A DNA stretch of 64,000 nt from Chlamydiales bacterium (GCA_965206695.1 CBDBKM010000008.1:125330-189329), one strand, 5' to 3'. Shown: positions 31,162 through 42,206, numbered from the stretch's first letter. A program made the numbers and translations. The notes: a model not told the origin generated them from the letters alone.

Positions 31162-32180
31162 ATTTCAACTACTCCGCCATACATCTCAACATCCTTAATA
31201 ATACGATGCCATTTAGCTAATTCTTTATACCAATCCAAAGTAATTGTTCGAGTATTTTTAGCTATTTTTTCTGTTTGGAGCGCATCAACAATTTCTAAAG
31301 TTCCCTCGATAGCAGTAAATAAAGCCCGATAGCCTAAAGAGTAAATTTTATCAAAAGATACGCGATAAGAACGTTTATCCGGATCTCCATACCACTCAAT
31401 TTCAATATCATTAGGCAAGATACCGGCAATCATTTCACCAAGAGGCCCTATTTGATAATTATTGTTTTCCGATCCCGTATTAAAAATCCGACCATTAATT
31501 TTTTCAGCTTCGATCTCAAGCATAAATAATAAAGCCCTAGCGGCATCTTGTACATGTATCATCGGTCGCCATTGCTTACCATCACGCATTAATGGCAAAC
31601 GACCGTCTTTCCAAGCACCATAAGTCATACCATTAATAGCTAAATCAAAACGCATTCTTTTGGAATAACCATATACTGTCGCTTGTCTTAAGACACAAAC
31701 ACAAAAATCTTTATCTTTTAAAGGCAATATTTCTTGTTCTGCTTTATAATTAGCTTTGGAATAAGTCGTCAAAGGATTAACAGGTGATGTCTCATTTACA
31801 ATCACATCTTCTTTTTGATAACCGTATACACTACAAGATGAAGGTAAAATATAGCGCTTTACTCCCATTTTTTTAGCAAGAATAGCTGTATTGACACGCG
31901 ATTTAAAATTGATTTCATTCGTTGCATTTTGAAATAACTCACCACTTGAATCATTAGAAAGTGCTACTAGATCAATAACATAATCTATTCCTTCAAAATG
32001 TTTTTCTCCTAATTTTCTAACATCTTCACGAATACAAACAAGTCCATCTTTTGGAGGCAAAAGGTCCATCCCGAAAAAAAATCTATCTAATGCCATAACA
32101 TTAAAATTATCTTTTAATAACAAAGGAATTAAAGTGGTACCTATATACCCTCCGGCACCTGTTACAAGTACAGTACTCAT
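31158..32180 (-). CDS. NAD-dependent nucleotide-sugar epimerase/dehydratase
   Basis: TGAGGYIG, SSCSVYG, RMRFDLAIN; related to 48229-49173. Confidence 0.85.
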   Translation of the reverse strand: MSTVLVTGAGGYIGTTLIPLLLKDNFNVMALDRFFFGMDLLPPKDGLVCIREDVRKLGEKHFEGIDYVIDLVALSNDSSGELFQNATNEINFKSRVNTAILAKKMGVKRYILPSSCSVYGYQKEDVIVNETSPVNPLTTYSKANYKAEQEILPLKDKDFCVCVLRQATVYGYSKRMRFDLAINGMTYGAWKDGRLPLMRDGKQWRPMIHVQDAARALLFMLEIEAEKINGRIFNTGSENNNYQIGPLGEMIAGILPNDIEIEWYGDPDKRSYRVSFDKIYSLGYRALFTAIEGTLEIVDALQTEKIAKNTRTITLDWYKELAKWHRIIKDVEMYGGVVEI

Positions 32181-32204
32181 TAACTATCCTTATAGTTGAT
32201 TCAA

Positions 32205-32775
32205 TCAAAATATTTGTTGCATCTCATGTAATCGCGGCTGCAACTTATCTTTATCTGATAAAATGGCTTGATCTTCCATAATCGGCCATTCAATACCAAG
32301 TTGAGGATCGTTCCATAAAATCCCCTTATCATGAGATGGAACATAATAATTTGTTACTTTATATAACACTTCAGTATTAGGTTCCAAGGTACAAAAACCA
32401 TGAGCGAATCCTATTGGAATAAGAACTTGATAACCATCTTCAGCATTCAGCTGAATGGATACATGCTTTCCAAAGCCGGGAGAGTCCAAACGAATATCTA
32501 CTGCAACATCAAAAATAGAACCTTTTAACACACGAATCAATTTAACTAATTCAAAAGGTTTGGTTTGAAAATGCAAACCTCTAACGGTTGATTTAGGAAT
32601 GGAAAGAGATTGATTGTCCTGAATAAAATCATAATCAATACCACATTCTCTAAGAGATTCTTTATTGTAACTTTCAACAAAATAGCCTCGATGGTCGGGA
32701 AAAAAAACGTGGTTTGATCAGTTTAACATCCGGAATTTTTAAATCCATTACTTCTATTTTATTAACAACTAACAT
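32205..32775 (-). pseudogene. rfbC: dTDP-4-dehydrorhamnose 3,5-epimerase with a +1 frameshift in a T8 run (possible sequencing error)
   Basis: IPDVKLIKPRFF / DHRGYFVESY...QDNQSLS...RGLHFQ...GFAHGF; A8 on the + strand at 32700-32707. Confidence 0.85.
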
Positions 32776-32877
32776 TTCTACCCTATTTAAGCTTTGATTA
32801 CTTGTACATTCGTGATCCCGGGCATACATTTCGGCTAACAACAACCGTAATCAAAATCTAATACCAATTCCATAAAA

Positions 32878-33029
32878 AAGACCTCTGCATAACTGACTTG
32901 ATAATATTTTTTAAAACCCACTGATTGTCTAAATTTATTTTTCATTTATTTTGATAAGTTTTATAATAAGCAGTTTTTTTATTATAGGCGCAAAGCATCG
33001 CTGCCGGAAATCAGTTATGCAGAGGTCTT
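32878..33029. mobile_element. ~152 bp MITE with IS5-like terminal inverted repeats
   Basis: Perfect 19-bp IR AAGACCTCTGCATAACTGA / TCAGTTATGCAGAGGTCTT; no ORF inside. Confidence 0.75.
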
Positions 33030-33072
33030 AATTAGGAAGTATATCCATAATCAAAAAACTTTACTTTTTGCC

Positions 33073-33690
33073 TTAAGGAGTAGAGGGAAGAGGTTTTTTA
33101 TAAGAAATTTTAATTTCTTGAGAAATGGGATAAGAGATTTTAAACTTTTGATTCGTCTGTTTTTCAATAACATAATCAACGATAGCCAACAACCAAACTT
33201 GATGAACCATTTCAACAATGTTATATGATTGACTATCCACAAAAAGATTAATATCCCCAAGGTTTTTTAAAGGATTATCCATTTTAAAACCGGTCAACGT
33301 CACCACCTTTAATCCTTTTTCTTTCGAAGAAATAGCTGCATTTACCATATTTTGTGATTTCCCGCTGCTACTTATCAAGATGGCCAAGTCATCTTTTTCC
33401 CCATATCGATCAATAGCTTCCGATAACCACTTATCATATCCAAAATCATTAGCAAAACAGGTGATCAAACTAGCTTCATTAAAACACCTGGCTTTAACCT
33501 TGGCATTTTTTAAAAGATCCACCGCTACATGACTTGCAATCGCTGCGCTTCCCCCATTTCCGGCAATATAAATACCATTCTCTTTCTTTTGAGAGGTTTG
33601 AATTAACTCACAAACGGATACTAAATCTTTTTCTAAAATGTGTATTAATTTTTCAGATAGATCCTTAAAAAAACCATCAAAAAAACTCAT
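33073..33690 (-). CDS. gmhA: SIS-domain phosphoheptose isomerase (GmhA-like)
   Basis: GNGGSAAIASH, TCFANDFGY, ISSSGKS, YNIVE. Confidence 0.75.
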   Translation of the reverse strand: MSFFDGFFKDLSEKLIHILEKDLVSVCELIQTSQKKENGIYIAGNGGSAAIASHVAVDLLKNAKVKARCFNEASLITCFANDFGYDKWLSEAIDRYGEKDDLAILISSSGKSQNMVNAAISSKEKGLKVVTLTGFKMDNPLKNLGDINLFVDSQSYNIVEMVHQVWLLAIVDYVIEKQTNQKFKISYPISQEIKISYKKPLPSTP

Positions 33691-33744
33691 ATGTACTTAC
33701 CGCCTAATTTCTTCTTCGCTATTACCTTCTATCTTAAGATCACA

Positions 33745-33774
33745 AGTTGACAGCTCCCTTAGGAGCTGTCAACT
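33745..33774. repeat. Palindrome made of two IS605 right-end tips
   Basis: AGTTGACAGCTCC-CTTA-GGAGCTGTCAACT; TTGACAGCTCCC is identical to the element end at 49823. Confidence 0.65.
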
Positions 33775-35060
33775 GATCTAAGTACACTATTTAAAAACTC
33801 TTCAGCTAGATGCTTCCGTTCATATTTTTTCAATATGGCATCATTGGGACACAGTGACTCTTTCTCTAAGCCTTTAATTTCGTGAGACAAAAAGGTGCTA
33901 ATCTCATTAAAGTCAGAAAAGAGATGCCCTGCCTGAGCTTCTAAGATAATTTTACCCCCATCTCTTATCCCATCACCTAGTATCATAATAGGTGTTTTAG
34001 AAGAAATATACTCGAAAACTTGGCCTGTGGGTACCCCATCACTTGTCCATTCCAAAAAGCATAACATATGGACATCTCTTTGAATCCTTAAAGCTTCCTC
34101 ATGAGAAAGCATACCATGATGATTCACATATTCTAAAATATCGTATTTTTGCGCTAATTGAGTGATATACTCTTTTGTCGGACCCGCAAAGACTAATTCC
34201 AGCCTTTGGATAAAAGAATGGTTATAACTCTTTAAATCGCTAACAGCTTGAAATAAGGGCTCGATATTTTGTTTCCCTGCATAAATAGCGCCTGTATATG
34301 CGATTCGCCATTTGTCTGCCTTTTCAAAGAAATATTCCGAATTTAAACCTTGACGATCCGTTGGTTCAAAACCATTCATAATCACGTCTACTTTTTTTAG
34401 ATGATGGCGCTTTTCTAAAATTTTGGCAAAATGCAGAGAAACGGTCACCGCTTTATCAGCTTTAGCTATCACCTTTTTCTCTAAAAACCATTCGAATATA
34501 GTAAATGGGAAGAAACCGGGATAAACCGGATTTTTGACCCAAAGATCTTGGAAATCTGCCACCCATTTATGAACGACTCCATTTTCTCTTAATTTCATAG
34601 CCAGTAAATGAGTCGTATAGGGCCCTGAAGTACTGAACACTAAATCCCAGGGCTTTAAAACCACTTCCTTTAACGCCGGTTTGATCCATAGGTCGGTTAA
34701 ATCCGGCATTCGACAACTACTTAAGATTCCATATTTCTTAGCAAGGTGTCGCACAAGCCTCTTTATAGGAGATAAAAAACCGCCTTTTTTTTTAGACGCT
34801 ATTCTTTTAGACTCTTTTTTTTTGCTGTAACGCTTAAAAGGAACAGCTATTTCTATTAGCTCAAAACCATCGTTATTCTTAATCATTTTATCCGCATTAT
34901 CTACCTGCTTTTTAGTGGTTAATACGGTAACTTTATATCCTTGAGAGCTCCAATATTTTGCCCAAGAATAAGGCCTATGCGATGCGATCGAATTCAAAGG
35001 AGGAAAAAATTCGGTAATTATTAAAATTTTCATCCGGTTTAATTTAGAGTTAATATTCAA
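33759..35060 (-). CDS. GT4-like glycosyltransferase
   Basis: FFPPLNSIASHR, WVADFQDLW, IAYTGAIY, VFEYI. Confidence 0.85.
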   Translation of the reverse strand: MNINSKLNRMKILIITEFFPPLNSIASHRPYSWAKYWSSQGYKVTVLTTKKQVDNADKMIKNNDGFELIEIAVPFKRYSKKKESKRIASKKKGGFLSPIKRLVRHLAKKYGILSSCRMPDLTDLWIKPALKEVVLKPWDLVFSTSGPYTTHLLAMKLRENGVVHKWVADFQDLWVKNPVYPGFFPFTIFEWFLEKKVIAKADKAVTVSLHFAKILEKRHHLKKVDVIMNGFEPTDRQGLNSEYFFEKADKWRIAYTGAIYAGKQNIEPLFQAVSDLKSYNHSFIQRLELVFAGPTKEYITQLAQKYDILEYVNHHGMLSHEEALRIQRDVHMLCFLEWTSDGVPTGQVFEYISSKTPIMILGDGIRDGGKIILEAQAGHLFSDFNEISTFLSHEIKGLEKESLCPNDAILKKYERKHLAEEFLNSVLRSVDSS

Positions 35061-35137
35061 ATCTTTATAGAATAAAAGATTTTTATTTTACTTATAAATT
35101 CATTTTATGCAATACCGAAGCTAGAAGGCGGTAACCG

Positions 35138-35995
35138 GTGTCTAAGTCCTATAAAATTGCAGCTGTTGTAGTTATGTATAATTATGATGATCGAATCATC
35201 AATAATATTGAGTCCTATATCAACCAAGTCGACAATATATTTGTATACGATAATTCAGAAGCACAAAATGAGGATTTAGCCAAAAAAGTGAACGCTCTGC
35301 CTAGAATAAGTTACTATTATAACAATGACAATTTAGGTATTGGTAAAGTGTTAAATATGGGGGCTCAAAAAGCTGTAGGTGAAGGCTTTGAGTATATTCT
35401 AACCATGGATCAAGATAGCCGAGCCACTCCCGGAATGGTTCGTAAATTACTGGTAGAGACTCAAAAAAAAGATTTATCACCGATAGGCATTATTTCCCCT
35501 TTTCATACTAATTTAAGAGATCACGCACCAAAAAACAAATCGACCCAAGAAGTCATGTCTGTCATGACCAGTGGAAATCTTTTAAATCTGCAAGCTTTTC
35601 AAGAGGCAGGGCCTTTTAAAGAAGATTTCTTTATGGATTATATCGATCATGAATACTGTTTGAGGTTGAACTCCAAAGGTTTTAAGGTTTTAAGAGTCAA
35701 CAGAGCCATATTAAAACATCAATTAGGCGAAGGAACTTCCCGTCGATTTTTCTTCAAACGTTTGCTAACAACTAATCACTCTGCTCTAAGACAGTATTAT
35801 ATAACCCGTAATAGATTATTTGTTGCCAAAGAGTACCGAAAGAAATTTCGAAGTCATTGTTATCAAGACTTAAGGAGTTTTTTCTTCAGTATTTTAAAAA
35901 TAATCTTTTTTGAAAAATATAAAGCTAAAAAGCTATCTATGATTTTAAGAGGAATAAAAGATTATAGAAGAGGAAAGTTGGGCAAATACGTCTAA
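35138..35995 (+). CDS. GT2 glycosyltransferase (rhamnosyltransferase-like)
   Basis: NLGIGKVLNMG, TMDQDS, MTSGNL, FMDYIDHEYCLR, RQYYITRN. Confidence 0.85.
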   Translation: MSKSYKIAAVVVMYNYDDRIINNIESYINQVDNIFVYDNSEAQNEDLAKKVNALPRISYYYNNDNLGIGKVLNMGAQKAVGEGFEYILTMDQDSRATPGMVRKLLVETQKKDLSPIGIISPFHTNLRDHAPKNKSTQEVMSVMTSGNLLNLQAFQEAGPFKEDFFMDYIDHEYCLRLNSKGFKVLRVNRAILKHQLGEGTSRRFFFKRLLTTNHSALRQYYITRNRLFVAKEYRKKFRSHCYQDLRSFFFSILKIIFFEKYKAKKLSMILRGIKDYRRGKLGKYV

Positions 35996-36094
35996 TTTAG
36001 ATCGCCGGTCCTTTTTTCATGATTTTTATCATTCAAGAAAACACCACAGCTGCATATAACCGGACATAAAGGACAAGGGCATTCCCGTAACTGT

Positions 36095-36170
36095 TATAGT
36101 CGTTTAATTTTAATTTGATAAAATCGCTATTGATCAAGCGATTTTATCAAATTAAAATTAAACGACTATA
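36095..36170. mobile_element. 76-bp palindromic MITE derived from IS630 ends
   Basis: Perfect 34-bp IR TATAGTCGTTTAATTTTAATTTGATAAAATCGCT around an ATTGATCA spacer; resembles the ends of 16274-17212. Confidence 0.85.
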
Positions 36171-36902
36171 AGCTGCAAACCTTTATTAAGAAGTTTTTTA
36201 TAAAGAGGAGAAGAGATGTATCCTTTATCACCAAAAAGTTTTCCTGTGATTGTATCAGCCAATTTTTCTACAACAGAGACATCGGAAACATTTCTCCGGG
36301 TGATATGAAAAGCTACAATCTCTCCTTTATCGTTAATAATTAAATGAAATTTAAAGCCATAAAACCATTCGGATGTTGTTTTACCTTTTTTTGCTACTCC
36401 TTTAAAAACTTTATTTCTTGAAATACGTTTATTATGGCATACTTTTAGTGAAGTTGCATCGATGAAAGCAATGCCTGTGATATTGCCTTGAAGGCTCCAC
36501 ATATAAGCGTATAGAGGAAGAAATATATTTTTCATACATTGAATAACTGATTAAATTGGAAAATTCACGGTAATAATATTGGTGAATATAAGAATAAAAA
36601 TGTTTGAAAGTTTTAAAATTAGATTGCTGAAACATAACTATAATAGTCATCAGTTCCGGAATTGACAATAGAGGTGCCGGTCCTCGTCTATTTATTTTCA
36701 ATAAGGTGTTTCACCCGGTCTCTTTTGAAAACTTTCCAAAAATCATCGATAGCGCAATATAGAGCAGTTAAATTTTTCATTTTTAGACCTTTTGTTTTTG
36801 TTTATTTTTTTGTCAAAAATATTCTACAAAAACAAAAGGTCTTTTTGCATTAAAAAATTCTAACTTCATGAAATACTAAGAATTAAACCCAGAATTCAGG
36901 TT
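36171..36902 (-). mobile_element. IS982-family transposase pseudogene, truncated at the MITE
   Basis: MKNLTALYCAIDDF..., FIDATSLKVCHNKRI, WFYGFKFHLIIN, LFGDKGYIS; end motif ACCCAGAATTCAGGTT. Confidence 0.85.
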
Positions 36903-37313
36903 ATTAGAGTATACTTTAACACATTCGACAAAGCCATATTTCGACGCACTTTGTGAATATTTCAAAAAGATCGATACGCACATTCATCACTAATTTGGTC
37001 GAACATAAGATTTAACAACTCAACACAATATGTACATAAGGACTTCCTAAAGTCTCTGTCATAATTAGGTGATTTTTCTTTTGGGTAGCAACTCGAATTT
37101 AACCACATTTGTTAAAAAGCGAAATACACAGCCTCACACAGGAATGTAACACTACTTAAACTTAAGGCATACCGGCCTTCGACCTCAGAACGGTACTGTT
37201 TCTTTATATTATTGGAAATCAAACGCTTGTTGCATATAACTATAACAATTCATGGCGTGTTATGTCAATAAAAAACTATTTATTTACATTTATTTTTCTA
37301 AAAATGTCTTTAG

Positions 37314-37670
37314 TTGCTTTTTATTATCATTGTTTTTATTATTATTTTGTTTTTTTATCGAATGTTAAATAAGAGGTTTTTGGTGATAAATTTAAATGCT
37401 AATTTAAACGCCCAACAAATTAATCTTGTTAGGCAAAAAGAACAACGTCTAAGAAACGATTGTAAAGCTATTAAGCAACAAACTATAAACATACAAACTC
37501 AGATCTGGAGTGCTGTAGCCCCCCTCTTTGGTTATTCTTTTGACCAATACAAACCTAAGATATCCGAGGAAGTAAAACAAGTACTCACTACTTATCTACT
37601 TAACGAAGGTAGCCCTGTAGCAATAGCGTTGCTTCAAGAATTTCAAAGAAACAATTTTTCTAATACTTAA
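37314..37670 (+). CDS. Hypothetical protein
   Basis: 118-aa ORF with no recognisable motif; start uncertain. Confidence 0.35.
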   Translation: MLFIIIVFIIILFFYRMLNKRFLVINLNANLNAQQINLVRQKEQRLRNDCKAIKQQTINIQTQIWSAVAPLFGYSFDQYKPKISEEVKQVLTTYLLNEGSPVAIALLQEFQRNNFSNT

Positions 37671-37674
37671 ACCT

Positions 37675-38532
37675 TATAGTTGTTTAATTTTACATTAATA
37701 AAATTGCTTGATCAATGGCGAATTTAAAAATAGGGCGGAAGAAACATAAGCTTACAACCGGCGGATTCTACTATTTTCCTGCTTTCCGCTAACTTGTGAA
37801 AACCGGCATTGTCAAGAGTAAGAACACTACCGGGTGTAAGCTGAGGAGTCAAAACCTCCTTAAGCCAAATATCGAATAACCCGGTATTACAAGTACCTTC
37901 AAAATACATTGGAGACAAAAACTGCCCTTTAGACAGGACTGAAATAATATTTTGCCTTACAAAGCGGTTTCCTGAAACCGCTCCAAAAACTTTTTTGCCG
38001 CGTAAGCTTCTTCCGGGCTCACGAAATAAAAATTGATGGATCCCGGTTGCATCGAGATAAATCCTCCTGTCAAAGGGAATATTGTTTAAATCTTTCATAA
38101 AAGCTTCCCGTTTCTTTTCATCTCTTTCCTTATAGCGAGTAGTTTTTTTTCGTGTAATTTTTAATCTTTTAAGGGCATAAAAAATCGTTTGCAGAGTGAC
38201 TGAAAAATAATTAGCAATTTCCGATAAAAAATAATCCGGATGTTGTTCTACATATTTAGATAACAACTCATCATCTAATTTCTTATAAGCAGACTTTCTA
38301 CGGATTGGTTTTAAATGTCCTTTTTGTTTTTTTTTGCAATACCCATCGATATACTGTTGTAATACCTACTTGAAAAATATGGCCGGCTGCCTTTTTGTTA
38401 TGATGCTTTTCTATATATTGTCATACTTTCTCTCGAAGATCTACCGGATAGGCTCTAGGCATTGTTTTATCCTGACTATTTGTATAAAAAGAGAAGGATA
38501 ACATGTTATCAAATAAAAATTAAAGTACTATA
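37675..38532 (-). mobile_element. Degenerate second copy of the 16274-17212 IS630
   Basis: Closely similar DNA; broken 5' part; C-terminal deletion after FLPPY; TATAGT termini. Confidence 0.85.
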
Positions 38533-38632
38533 TATTGATGACTATAAAAAAATCGTTTGGTCTATTGTTTTCTTGTCTTGATGTTAGGTAATATGTTAGC
38601 GTTTTTCTTTTAATAAAAACATATTGTTAATA

Positions 38633-38899
38633 ATGTCAGCTAAGACATCCATCATTCAGTCAGATGAGACTAACGATATAGCCTTAGGTATGATTGGCCT
38701 AGGATATGTTGGTATCCTTTTAGCTTTAGCCGCAGCCCAAGCTCGCATTAAAACCTCCGGCTTCGACTTAGATCGCAATAAAATCCGGTCTTTTAAAAAT
38801 AGCCTATCTTATATTAAACACGTTCCCGACTTAAAAATTAAAACTACTGTTGAAGAAAAAAAATTTATCCCTTCTTCAGAAATAGAAGACAATTTTTAA
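38633..38899 (+). pseudogene. N-terminal fragment of a UDP-GlcNAc/UDP-glucose 6-dehydrogenase (WbpA-like)
   Basis: MIGLGYVG...GFDLDRNKI...SYIKH Rossmann start. Confidence 0.7.
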
Positions 38900-39398
38900 C
38901 TTAACGTATGTAAATAAAATGAATTTAAAAATACCTTCTTTTATAAAACCTTTGCAACTCATTCCATACGAGTATCATGCACAATTAAACACTATGCTTC
39001 AAGAGATTATTAAAAAAAAACAAGATATCTCTAACTCATTAAATACAATAACTAGTTCTCTTAACGTTGATAATGTCAAAGATTATGACCCGGCAAATCT
39101 GGCACAGCATCAATTCAGCAAATTTTTAGAATTGCGAATAGAAGCTTATAGAGCGAATAAAGCATATTGCTCTCATATGAAATTAATGCATTCATTTTTT
39201 ATTGACAAAGAAGACGATAACTTGAAAATTTTTGAGTTTTTAAATAATCTGTTAAGTGATTATAGGATTGGAGTGTTTAAACGTATTAATGATTTAGTCA
39301 AAATATCGAGCTATAAATTTGAAATGGGTTCTCCTCCAACATATATTCTTATCAAGTGTGATGTTATTTTTGTAACAAGCATTATAAATGAAAATAGT

Positions 39399-40764
39399 TT
39401 CGGAGACGGCGGCTAACATTCGAAATCGTTGATTAACTCAACTACCCGCATCGTGCGGGTTTTCTCATTGCGCTTTTCCTGTTTCAATACGTCCCTATCA
39501 TTACCGCTAAGCGGCTACTTTCGGCTTGTTTGACGTTCCACAGGCACTACCTGCACTCCTTGCAGTGGCTAATATATTTCTCGCGGCATTGATATCTCTG
39601 TCATGCTCTTCACCACAACTTATACAACACCAACGTCGCACATTAAGACTCAACTCATTGAGTACAAACCCACACCTCGAACACGTTTTACTCGTATTCC
39701 TTGGATTAGCAAGCATAAAATCTCTTTTATACCAATTAGATTTATACTCAAGTTGTCGGCGGAACTCACTCCAAGACGCGTCCCCGATCGATCGACTTAA
39801 CTTTTTGTTAGACATCATTCTACGCACAGAAAGGTCTTCTACTGCCACCGTTTGGTGCTTCTTAACAATAGTCGTACTCAATTTGTGCAAAAAGTCTCGC
39901 CTCTTATCGGCTATTCGCGCATGAAGCTTTCCAAGCCTTTTACGTGCCTTTAATCTATTGTTAGATCTCTTCTTTTTTTTAGAAAGAAATTTACTTTTCT
40001 TTTTCAGTTTCCTTAAGTTTTTTCTTAATATTTTAGGCGATTTTATTTTTTCACCTTCACTTGTTGCGATATAACAATGAAGACCAAGATCGATTCCAAC
40101 AGCAGACATTGTATAGGGAATCTCTTTTTTGCATTTACAATCAACCTGTAAGGATACAAACCATCTATCTGCGGAATCTGTCGATACTGTTGCACTATTT
40201 GGAAATATAGGTACTTCTTGAGACCATATAACATTAATTTTTCCAAGTTTTGGAAGCTTTAATATCGTTTTATCTTTAAAAATATTTTTACTTTGTCGTT
40301 TGTCAAGTGTATAGGTACAAGATCTTTTGAACCTTTTGAACCTTGGAAACTTTCCTTGTTTGCGAAAAAACCGTTGATATCCGGACTCCAAACTCTTTAA
40401 AGTATTACAATGAACCGTTCCCGTTGTCTTCCTTAAGAAGGGTTTTTCTTTTTTAAGTTTAGTTATTTCACGAGATAGACCAATCCAATTAATGGAAAAT
40501 TTCTTTTCTTCATAAAGCTTTGATCTATGTGCTAAAGACCAATTATAAACAAACTTAGAAGATCTAAATTCTTCTTTAAGTTGCCGCCTCTGCTTGAGTG
40601 TCGGATAAAATCTTAGTTTGACTGCTTTCACTGTAAACTCTTTATTTTAAGCAGCTAGTATATCAAACTAGCACCGCCACCGTCAATAATTAATGCGCTT
40701 TTCGTTCCTCTGCTTCTCTTCGATACGCAACCGTCACTCGCGGGTCGACTGCATCCGTGCAGTC
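39399..40764 (-). mobile_element. TnpA-less tnpB element, copy 2
   Basis: Same ends as copy 1 on the minus strand: TTGAA|GACTGCACGGATGCAGTC...GTTAGCCGCCGTCTCCGAA|. Confidence 0.82.
39507..40631 (-). CDS. tnpB: TnpB RNA-guided endonuclease, apparently intact
   Basis: HTH RFYPT; RuvC GIDLG, VEDL, DRDINAA; zinc finger CSRCG/CISCG. Confidence 0.92.
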   Translation of the reverse strand: MKAVKLRFYPTLKQRRQLKEEFRSSKFVYNWSLAHRSKLYEEKKFSINWIGLSREITKLKKEKPFLRKTTGTVHCNTLKSLESGYQRFFRKQGKFPRFKRFKRSCTYTLDKRQSKNIFKDKTILKLPKLGKINVIWSQEVPIFPNSATVSTDSADRWFVSLQVDCKCKKEIPYTMSAVGIDLGLHCYIATSEGEKIKSPKILRKNLRKLKKKSKFLSKKKKRSNNRLKARKRLGKLHARIADKRRDFLHKLSTTIVKKHQTVAVEDLSVRRMMSNKKLSRSIGDASWSEFRRQLEYKSNWYKRDFMLANPRNTSKTCSRCGFVLNELSLNVRRWCCISCGEEHDRDINAARNILATARSAGSACGTSNKPKVAA

Positions 40765-41714
40765 TTCAATGTCAGTGATAACTTTGGATCTAACTCTCTA
40801 TGCTCTATTTTAACTTCGGGAATTTATGAGGGTCGAATTCGAAGGCAAACACTAGTCGTGAAGTATCCCACAAAAGCATTTTTTATTGTGAACGGAAATA
40901 ACCTATCCTTTAAAGGCGATATTTCAACCAGGATAGTTATGGCAACATTAGATCCGAATATTGATCGACCCGAAGAAAGAGAATTCGACTGCAATTTACT
41001 TAAGTACATTCCATTACATAGATTGGAAATAATAAAATGTTGCATAACAATCTTAAAAGCTTATCACAACCATGGTTTGCCGAAGCCTCCCGGTATAAAA
41101 GCTTTTGGTCGTTTTGATGAGTGGGACACATGGATCCGAGGATGCGTTATGTGGTTGGGTCTTGCTGACCCATGCGAAACCAGAAAAAAAATTGAAGAAA
41201 GCGATGACGAAAGAGTTCGACTGATCAACTTATTAAAAACATGGTATATGTTATTCCACAATGATAAAAAAACTCTTAAAGAAGTTCTTCTATTTGCTAG
41301 TCAAGAAGTTTATGGAGAAGCAATTGTTACGATTGAATATAAAGCTTGGATGGTGGATTTTTTTGAAGAAGTCGGTGAACATTCTATTTTAAAAATGGGG
41401 AAATACATGCAAAAAATATGTGGTCGTCCGGAGTCCGGTCTCAAATTGGAAAGAGCCGGGACAAGAGGAGGAGCCAATTTATGGAGAGTTGATACTATAT
41501 AGATTTTGGATATTTTTTACGTAGTTATAATTAATTCCTGCATAACTGCTATACATTTTGTTCGCCTAAGACCGGAAGTTGAACCTGTATTGGTATAAAC
41601 ATTTGCACCCGTATTTCCTCCAAATCTAAATTCATACACATGATTTAATAAATCTATGGGCGTAATAAAAGTTTCCGAGATGCAATAGAAAATTTTATTG
41701 AACCGAAAGCATCT

Positions 41715-42190
41715 CAATATCGCGCCATATATCAAAGAAAATACGTTAGTTATTTTGAAAAACACCACTTGGCCCGGAACGACAACCGACATTCTCTTAC
41801 CTATTTTTAGAAAAAGAAACATTTCTTAGGTTAGGGGAAAATTTATTTATCTACTTTAGCCCGGAAAAAGAAAACCCTGCAAAAAACAGCTGCATTTTAA
41901 TATGGGGGGTCCGCTATAAACCCGATGTTGATGATATTCGAGAAAGTCCCGGTTTAAAAATAATAGACCTTTTAATGAAGTAAGGGTGCTCAAGTTAATT
42001 ATCACGATCCTTGAGTTCTAAACATACCTCCCACTCATCGGTTTTCTCAGTTAGAACATAAAAAAAGTATAGAACCAAGTGATCAATATGATTGTTTCGT
42101 TCTTGTGACAAACCACTCTGTTTTTGAATTCAAAAAAATGTTATCCTAATAATATGCCCATAGTACATACTCGAAATCATTATACCTAAA
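41715..42190 (+). pseudogene. Middle and C-terminal fragments of the WbpA-like dehydrogenase
   Basis: LVILKNTTWPGTT (cf. ESTTYPGTT) and GVRYKPDVDDIRESPG...VNYHDP, with stops and frameshifts. Confidence 0.7.
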
Positions 42191-42206
42191 CATAAGCTGA
42201 TATTCT

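Larger units (their letters stand above)
38919..41502 (+). pseudogene. 405-aa gene with phage/plasmid primase-helicase-like C-terminal region, split by tnpB element copy 2
   Basis: 38919-39398 and 40765-41502 join in frame (…INENS|FNVSDNFGSNSLCSILT…NGNN…GD…RPEER…WLGLADP). Confidence 0.65.

Noticed and set aside
40693..40764. Tracked start of the 269-aa ORF
   Set aside because: The first 24 codons lie inside the tnpB element's left end and are not part of the ancestral gene
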